A stretch of 64,000 bases of DNA from Candidatus Krumholzibacteriia bacterium (GTDB taxonomy: Bacteria; Krumholzibacteriota; Krumholzibacteriia; Krumholzibacteriales; Krumholzibacteriaceae). The notes under the pieces were generated by a model. The model ran no database searches. It was not told where the DNA came from and saw only the letters and a list, made by a program, of their open reading frames with translations. Both the position numbers and the translations under genes were made by a program. Shown piece after piece: positions 57,608 through 64,000 of this stretch; the first letter of the stretch is position 1; every line of letters begins with the position of its first letter. The stretch spans positions 1,056,001 to 1,120,000 of the forward strand of contig CAWIIQ010000001.1 in assembly GCA_963836185.1 (NCBI GenBank), written 5' to 3'.

Positions 57608-58076
57608 ATGAAGCGGCTTATTCCGATAATCCCGATTATTCTGATCCATATAGGCCTGTATGGCGGGTCCCTGTCTCGCCGAACAGGATTCGAATAATAT
57701 CTTCGGGAGCATTGTAATCACTGTAGCGAATATAAACAGCGCTGAAGGCGGCAATATCGTCGTCTCTCTCTATGACGGAAAAGAGAGCTGGCTGAAAACA
57801 GAAAAAGCGCGGAAAACGAAGACCCTTTCCGTCAAAGGTGATTCACTGGTGGTAGAGTTCGCCACTCTGCCCTATGATTCGATATACGCAGTTGCCGTGA
57901 TCCATGACAAGAATATGAACGGCAAGCTGGATATGCGCAAATTTCCATGGCCCAAGCCGAAAGAAGGCGCCGGTGTGTCTAACAACAGGTTCGGATTCGG
58001 ACCTCCCGAATACAGAGACGCGATACTTCGTCTCACTGAGCCGGTTCTGGACATACTGATAGAGATGAGATACTGA
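57608..58076 (+). CDS. DUF2141-family protein; frameshift near the start
   Basis: YAVAVIHDKNMNGKLD...PKEGAGVSNN...GPP. Confidence 0.8.
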
Positions 58077-58090
58077 GGCAGGTATGATAT

Positions 58091-58705
58091 ATGGGTGCGG
58101 ATAAGACGGTTCTAACTCATGAGGGGGAGTTAACAGTTATGACCGAAAGAACCAGGTCGGTCGCAGGTTCGACGATCATTCTTGTGACGACGCTAATAAT
58201 GAGTCTTTTAGTTGCGGTACTGCGCAGGGGCCCGAGTGTGATCGCCACTCTCAGCCTTCCCTATATGTTCGTTATCTTCTGTTTTGCCGGAGCTGTACTC
58301 TATTCTATCCTTAAATATCGTGGACCCCGGAATATGGTCTTTTCGGTTTTCATTGTGACACTTGTCCATCTTTTACTTTTCAAGATCACCGAGCCAAGGT
58401 ATTTCATCGAGCTCTTCCTGTATTACGCTGCACTCGGCGCTTCAGTGCTGATCTATCATGAAGCGGTCATGCCGCGTATGGCCAGGATCAGGATAGGCAA
58501 ATTCATCGTACTGGCTGCGCTCATCGTGGTCATATATTCTGTTGTGACATTGATCGTGTCATTGTTCTCCAGTGGCCGCAGCCTGTTGCCGAGCCTTGCC
58601 GTTATCGCCTCGGTCCATACGTTCACCGGTATCGCGCTCGGTCTCGGGATCGAGATCGGGGAACTGTTGATCGACAGATTCCTGCCTCCTCCCCTGGAAA
58701 GGTGA
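58091..58705 (+). CDS. Multi-pass membrane protein
   Basis: About six hydrophobic segments. Confidence 0.7.
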   Translation: MGADKTVLTHEGELTVMTERTRSVAGSTIILVTTLIMSLLVAVLRRGPSVIATLSLPYMFVIFCFAGAVLYSILKYRGPRNMVFSVFIVTLVHLLLFKITEPRYFIELFLYYAALGASVLIYHEAVMPRMARIRIGKFIVLAALIVVIYSVVTLIVSLFSSGRSLLPSLAVIASVHTFTGIALGLGIEIGELLIDRFLPPPLER

Positions 58706-58711
58706 CTGGAT

Positions 58712-59357
58712 ATGTACGGAGTGCATTTTTCTGTATTTTCCAGACTTGTATCTCTGCTGATCCTGCTCGCAGTCGTCTTGACTAGCTGCCTCGCCGCAGT
58801 GCGAAGCCGCCAATCTGTTCAGCCTCGGAGCCGGATATGCCAGATTCAAGGAATCGCAGGCACTGGTCTGGGATCCATCATGGTCCCTGACAGGAGCATA
58901 CTTTTTTGACCTCAGGCCGAACCTGCAACTGGGCCTGTCCGCCACTTACAGCTTTTTGCAGGCCAGGTCGGCCATCGATATGTTCGGTGTGGGAGTGTAC
59001 TGGGAAGAAGCGGATGGTGACGGGTGGATGTTTTCCCTTCTGCCGGCAGTCAGGGTCCTTTTCCCGCTTGGAGAAGATGGATCCACACTGGTATATCTTC
59101 AGGGTGGCGCTGGATGGTATCATCTCGATATGGACGTGATCTACTCGGGGAGGGTGCCGGGACCTGACGGTTGGGATGTTGAAAAGAGGGTTACAGCCAA
59201 ATGGGACAAGCCGGGGATAGACGGCAGGTTCGGCGTCATAACGAGGCTCGACAAGGCACTTTTCCTGGAGATATCACCTGGTATCAGCGTAATATTCACG
59301 GACGAAGAATCTACGTGGTGCATGAGCGGATCTATGGCATTGGCCTTGATGCATTGA
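58712..59357 (+). CDS. Probable outer-membrane beta-barrel; frameshifted
   Basis: Signal peptide then YLQGGAGWY-type strands in another frame. Confidence 0.55.
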
Positions 59358-59394
59358 CCTTGATGAGATTCGATATTTCTACGGAGGAACTCGC

Positions 59395-59913
59395 ATGTTC
59401 GAAATAAGGCCCGAACGTCCAGGTGACGAGGAAGCGATCGCAGATGTGAACAGGCGCGCGTTCGGTGGTGAAGATGAAGTGGGGATAATAGCCGGGATCA
59501 GAGGCTCAGAGTATTTTATCCCCGAGCTCTCACTGGTCGCGGAGGAGGAAGGGCGTATCGTCGGACATATCATGTTAAGTGTCATCACCCTGGTCCGGTT
59601 TGACAGGCCGGCTGACAAGATACTGAGCCTCGCGCCTATGGCTGTCGAGCCGGAAGCACAGAACAGGGGCATCGGATCAGCCCTGGTCGAGGCCGGTATG
59701 GAAAAAGCAAGGGAGCTCGGTCATACGTTTATAATCGTTGTGGGCCATCCCGGGTATTATCCGCGGTTCGGATTCAGGCAGGCGAGGTCACTCGGATTCG
59801 ACGTCGGTATGGAGGTCCCCGACGATGCTTTCATGGTGGCCGTGCTGCAACCAGATGCTTTGCATGGACTTGGCGGCATGGTACAATTCTCTCCGCCTTT
59901 CGGTATATCATGA
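59395..59913 (+). CDS. GNAT acetyltransferase (YhbS-like)
   Basis: IRPE, QNRGIGSAL, GHPGYYPRFGF. Confidence 0.88.
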   Translation: MFEIRPERPGDEEAIADVNRRAFGGEDEVGIIAGIRGSEYFIPELSLVAEEEGRIVGHIMLSVITLVRFDRPADKILSLAPMAVEPEAQNRGIGSALVEAGMEKARELGHTFIIVVGHPGYYPRFGFRQARSLGFDVGMEVPDDAFMVAVLQPDALHGLGGMVQFSPPFGIS

Positions 59914-59968
59914 GGATGTTTTCGTCACTCGAGCACCGGGACCTGAAATGAAAAGATCGTGAGGCATT

Positions 59969-60475
59969 ATGAAAAGTATTGCGGCTATAGCCGTTCTGGT
60001 TCTGCTCATTTCAGGGTGCAGCGCCGAGTATGCTGAGGATGAAGCGCAGCCACTCAATACGATCAGCGACGCTGACAGCCCTGAGCTTGCTATGGGAAGG
60101 GACATGCTGGCCGCCGCGCTGAGGTACGATATAGACAGGTTTGTCGAGAGAAACCGGCCCATTGTCAAGGTATGCTTTCTGAGTATTCTTGACGCCGATC
60201 CGGCTGATGAACTTATCACCCGCCTGGAAGGGACAAAGCTGGAGGTGCACAAGTTTTCCGAATGGAGCACGTATTTCAAGAATGAAGACGGGCAGCCTGT
60301 CCTGCCCGATCGCTTCTTCAGGATATCGGTCAGGGATATACGCCTTATAGATCCGACACATGCCGAAGTAGATACGAGCTGGAGCGCTTCCGGTATAGCT
60401 ATTCCGGGGGAGACCTTCACGCTGGAGAATATCGAAGGGACGTGGCGGGTAATAGATGTGAAGTTGACCTCTTGA
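59969..60475 (+). CDS. Hypothetical lipoprotein
   Basis: ISGC lipobox; similar to the 63381 protein (L...DP..., G.W.V). Confidence 0.7.
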   Translation: MKSIAAIAVLVLLISGCSAEYAEDEAQPLNTISDADSPELAMGRDMLAAALRYDIDRFVERNRPIVKVCFLSILDADPADELITRLEGTKLEVHKFSEWSTYFKNEDGQPVLPDRFFRISVRDIRLIDPTHAEVDTSWSASGIAIPGETFTLENIEGTWRVIDVKLTS

Positions 60476-60507
60476 GCCGACAGATTCTCTAAACGACCGG
60501 GTGACTT

Positions 60508-61086
60508 GTGGAACAACCTGTACTCGAGACAGAAAGACTGATCCTCCGGCCATTCGTCGATCTTGACGCTCCCCGTGTAGCGGAACTTGCCGGTGACAAG
60601 GCGATTTCCGACACGACGCTGAGGATTCCCCATCCATACACCGAGGCGATGGTCCTGGCGTGGATCGGTAGGCACCAATCGATTCGCGACAATGGACTGG
60701 CCATATTCTACGCGATCGATCTGAAGGAGAGCTCTGAACTGATAGGAAGCATCGGGATCGACGCCGATCATATTCACAGCAGGGCGACCCTGGGATACTG
60801 GATCGGCAGGGAATACTGGAACCGGGGCTACGCTACAGAAGCTTCATCAATAATGCTCGAGTATGTCTTCAATGTCATGAAATTTCACAAGGTCGATTCT
60901 CATCTTTTCTCGCGAAACGAGGCATCGGGGCGCGTGCTGGAGAAGCTGGGCATGAAGCGAGAGGGGCTTCTGAGGGAACATATATTGAAGTCCGGCTCAT
61001 GGGAGGATATCATCGAATACGGAATTCTGAATAGTGAGTATGAACAGATCACGACAGGTATAGAAGGAGAGGACGATGTACTGTAG
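60508..61086 (+). CDS. RimJ/RimL-type GNAT acetyltransferase
   Basis: LETERLILR, GYWIGREYWNRGYATE, NEASGRVLEKLG. Confidence 0.9.
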   Translation: MEQPVLETERLILRPFVDLDAPRVAELAGDKAISDTTLRIPHPYTEAMVLAWIGRHQSIRDNGLAIFYAIDLKESSELIGSIGIDADHIHSRATLGYWIGREYWNRGYATEASSIMLEYVFNVMKFHKVDSHLFSRNEASGRVLEKLGMKREGLLREHILKSGSWEDIIEYGILNSEYEQITTGIEGEDDVL

Positions 61087-61715
61087 GAAATGCGGCGCAT
61101 TGAATCCTGACGACAGCAGATTCTGTGGAGGCTGCGGAAGCTCGCTGAGTGATTCTGCCGGAAGAACCCTGCCGACGGCATAGTGATATCGACAAAGAGC
61201 CCCGGAGAGTCAAGCCGCCACCACGCCCTGCCGTACCGCCAGGCCATACCAGATTGACTCCACCGCAGGCGGTCAGGCCCTATTACGCCGGATTCTGGAA
61301 GAGATTCGCCGCCTATTTCATCGACGAGATCATACTATCATTTATCGGAATAATGATGATGCTGGTCGTTGCCGGAATCGTGGGGGTACCGTTGGGACTT
61401 TCAGGCGCCGACGAGGATTTCATCGTTCCGCTTGTCGTGATATATTTCGGAATAATCGACTTCCTTCTCAACTGGCTCTACCACACGGTGCTCGAAAGTT
61501 CAGGCCGGCAGGCCACCCTCGGCAAGATGGCCATGGGTATAGTTGTAACGGACATGGACGGTAAGCGTATTTCGTTCGCAAGAGCCAACGCCAGATTCTG
61601 GTCGAAGATAATTTCCGGTCTTTTCTTCTCGATCGGATACATCATCGCCGGATTTACCGAGAGGAAGCAGGCGCTTCACGACCTGATCGCAGCTACCCTC
61701 GTAAGCAACAGATAA
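61076..61715 (+). CDS. Zinc-ribbon plus RDD-family membrane protein; frameshifted
   Basis: MYCRKCG..FCGGCG then YAGFWKRFAAYFID, QATLGK, QALHDLIA. Confidence 0.82.
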
Positions 61716-61730
61716 GTCTTAAACGAGTGG

Positions 61731-62513
61731 GTGACAATGAATCGTTCAATGCCTCGTCCAGGTACCGGAGGCGCGGTATCCGTGTTCTATATCCCGCTGA
61801 TGGCGCTGTTTCTCATGCTGGCGGGGTGCGTTCCTCCTCAGTCATATGATACTGATGAATACGATGAGATCTCTGTCTTTGACGAAATAGCCGAGGCAGA
61901 GCAGATCGCACTATATCTGGACTCCGACGTTCTTCTGGACAGGTTTCTGCTGAAGAGGGTCTTCTATGACATGACCCTGATAAGGGGCGCGTTCGCCAGA
62001 GAGATCGCGGCTGTGGAGAGTATCAGGTTCAAAGCTCCATGCAAGGACGGCAGGGTCATGATAGTCTTCGACAAGGAGATATACGATACCGTAACAGCCG
62101 GAAAATACCAGGATTGGACCGAGCTCAACGACCGATACCTCCCGTACGACGTCAGGACTGTCGACAAGTTGAGGAAGGTCTATCTTTATTTCGACGGACT
62201 GCTTGATTATCGTTCCCTGGCCGGAAAATACGCTGGCCTGCCGCACGTGATCTCCGCCGAATGTGTCGGGCACGTGGGCGATTCAGCAAACATATACCCG
62301 CGCAGGACAGATACAGGAATAGATTATCTCTTCAGGGACGCCTGGGGGACATGCTCGACAGGGTGCTCGAGCAACGAGTTCTACTACTTCGTATGCGAGA
62401 AGGACGATGCCGTCTATGTGGGCCACTGGAATCCGGAGGAACGCTCCAAGCCGCCTGAGTGGTGGCCCGTGGCGAGGAAATGTCTCCCCGAAGAGCTGAG
62501 GGAGCGATTCTGA
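61731..62513 (+). CDS. Hypothetical lipoprotein
   Basis: LAGC lipobox. Confidence 0.7.
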   Translation: MTMNRSMPRPGTGGAVSVFYIPLMALFLMLAGCVPPQSYDTDEYDEISVFDEIAEAEQIALYLDSDVLLDRFLLKRVFYDMTLIRGAFAREIAAVESIRFKAPCKDGRVMIVFDKEIYDTVTAGKYQDWTELNDRYLPYDVRTVDKLRKVYLYFDGLLDYRSLAGKYAGLPHVISAECVGHVGDSANIYPRRTDTGIDYLFRDAWGTCSTGCSSNEFYYFVCEKDDAVYVGHWNPEERSKPPEWWPVARKCLPEELRERF

Positions 62514-63350
62514 AGACCGGATATTTAATACTGGCTTCGTTGATCTTCCTTCAGGCCTGCGCCGGGGACGGGGACGGCGGTACGGCGAGCGAGGGATCTC
62601 CCGGCCGTGCCGTATCGACCGTAGATACGATAGCAGCAGAGGGCAAGAGAGGGACATACCTGGCACGTGGTTCTTTTACCGGCGGTGAGGTGACCGACGG
62701 CAGGGACGTTCATGATATCGAGTGGTCAGCACATGAAGGGTTTGAGCGTATCGAGATACGGATCCATGAGGCGAAATGGGGCGACAGTCAAAACGCTAGC
62801 CCTGTCGCAGTGCCGTGCCGCTTCAGCGTCACCAGGGAGGATTTTCCCGCGCGGCTGCTGGTCGTGGTAAGCGGCACAAGGATGTTCAGCGCTCAACCGC
62901 CTCATCTGCCTGCCGCGGCCCTGGTTGCGGGATTCTACAGGATCGTCTATCTCGACGATTCCGGAGCGATGTTCGCGTTCGACGTCAAACCCGACACGGA
63001 ATTCGAAGTCTTCGAGAAGCACGACCCGGCAGTCATCGTCATCGATATCCGGGAGGCCCCCGGGGGGAAGCCGGGGTGGACCCGAGAAGGTATTCTCACT
63101 CCGGTCCTCATCCTGGCCACATGGAGAACGTCTGGGCCATTTCCAGGAAGAATTGATCAGAGCCGGGGCATCAGGCTCCCGGATAATCCGGGACGCCGAA
63201 GGAGAGTACTTCGTCGAAGAGGGATTGTATCCCGCCAAGAAAGAGGCGGCGGAGCGGCAGAGATTCCTGGCCGAGAAGGGTTGGGTCCTGTACATCGAAC
63301 AGCGGGGAGAAGGCGATAAACCGCGATATATCGAGCCTGAACAGAAATAG
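62510..63350 (+). CDS. Hypothetical lipoprotein; frameshift ~63070
   Basis: LQAC lipobox; C-terminus continues in the 62925-63350 frame; start approximate. Confidence 0.6.
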
Positions 63351-63380
63351 CTGCAGGCAATTTCCATATGAAAGGCAGTC

Positions 63381-63887
63381 ATGATAAAGAGATCGATTTT
63401 GTTTGTCGTACTGACCGGGATCGTTCTAGCGTGCTGCGGTACAGGCTGCAGGGAACAGCTCCAGGCAGAGCCGCCCGCTTTGGCCGGTAATGATCTCATC
63501 ATAGCCGTCGCGCTCCGAAAGTTTATGGCCATTGATAACGATAAGTACGGATACGACTACACATATATCTTTCTGACCGTGCTCGGAGAGGATCCCAGCA
63601 GGGATTTCATGGACTATTTCAATGATCTGTTTGCGCAGGTTCTGCCTGGATCGAAGATGGAGGAATCGAGGTATGGTTACGAGGGACTCCCTCAGACAAA
63701 GGGCATATGGGTACGCTTCGAGGCGGTCGATTTCAAAACTGTCTCGGAAGAGGAGGCAAATGTGACCTGCCAGAGATTCGGGTACAACATGGAGAGTCCA
63801 ATGGTGAGCCTCAGGGTACAGCTTGTCGATGGACGGTGGACAGTCACCAGCGTCACCGGCGTCGGCAGCGAGAAGCTCCTTCAGTGA
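63381..63887 (+). CDS. Hypothetical lipoprotein
   Basis: Signal peptide with Cys. Confidence 0.65.
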   Translation: MIKRSILFVVLTGIVLACCGTGCREQLQAEPPALAGNDLIIAVALRKFMAIDNDKYGYDYTYIFLTVLGEDPSRDFMDYFNDLFAQVLPGSKMEESRYGYEGLPQTKGIWVRFEAVDFKTVSEEEANVTCQRFGYNMESPMVSLRVQLVDGRWTVTSVTGVGSEKLLQ

Positions 63888-63909
63888 CGGCGAGCGAAGG
63901 AGGATCGTT

Positions 63910-64000
63910 ATGAGTAAGGACAGATACGAGAGAGGACTCGATAAATTCAGGGAAGTCGACGGAAAGGGCGGCCAGAAGGCTGTCGATGACCTGGAAGAGC
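63910..64000 (+). CDS. Carboxymuconolactone decarboxylase-family protein (partial)
   Basis: MSKDRYERGLDKFREVDG N-terminus; AGGAGG RBS. Confidence 0.6.
   Translation, partial: MSKDRYERGLDKFREVDGKGGQKAVDDLEE

Overview
Bacterial chromosomal window. The backbone is GC-rich, and secreted proteins ending in NYPNPFNP/FlgD-type domains or an 'ATEESSWG.IK' tail suggest an FCB-group lineage such as Krumholzibacteriota (inference). Many genes carry single-base frameshifts that look like long-read assembly errors. 1-35.7 kb is housekeeping: LytS/LytTR, lpdA, M16 peptidase, ferredoxin, selenocysteine-type selD, queH, M23 peptidase, mrfB/mrfA-like pair, sdhCDAB, pyrE, glpX, rarA, and nrdJ with NrdR and DnaA boxes. 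The main result is at 35.8-50.5 kb: an integron-like system. A tyrosine recombinase lacking the IntI-specific insertion is followed, on the same strand and 3 bp after its stop codon, by an attI-like GTTAT site and 16 mostly AT-rich cassettes separated by ~140-bp GC-rich palindromic attC-like repeats (ATAACA...GTGTTCGCG...CGCGAACAC...TGTTAT). Nearly every cassette is bounded by its own 13-19 bp inverted repeat with a positionally fixed C/A mismatch. Cargo includes two paralogous lipoprotein families, a Ser/Thr kinase-TPR protein, VapBC, a DEDDh exonuclease and two near ORF-less promoter cassettes. katG and a run of cassette-like genes without attC follow. All calls are by eye; novelty is not database-verified.
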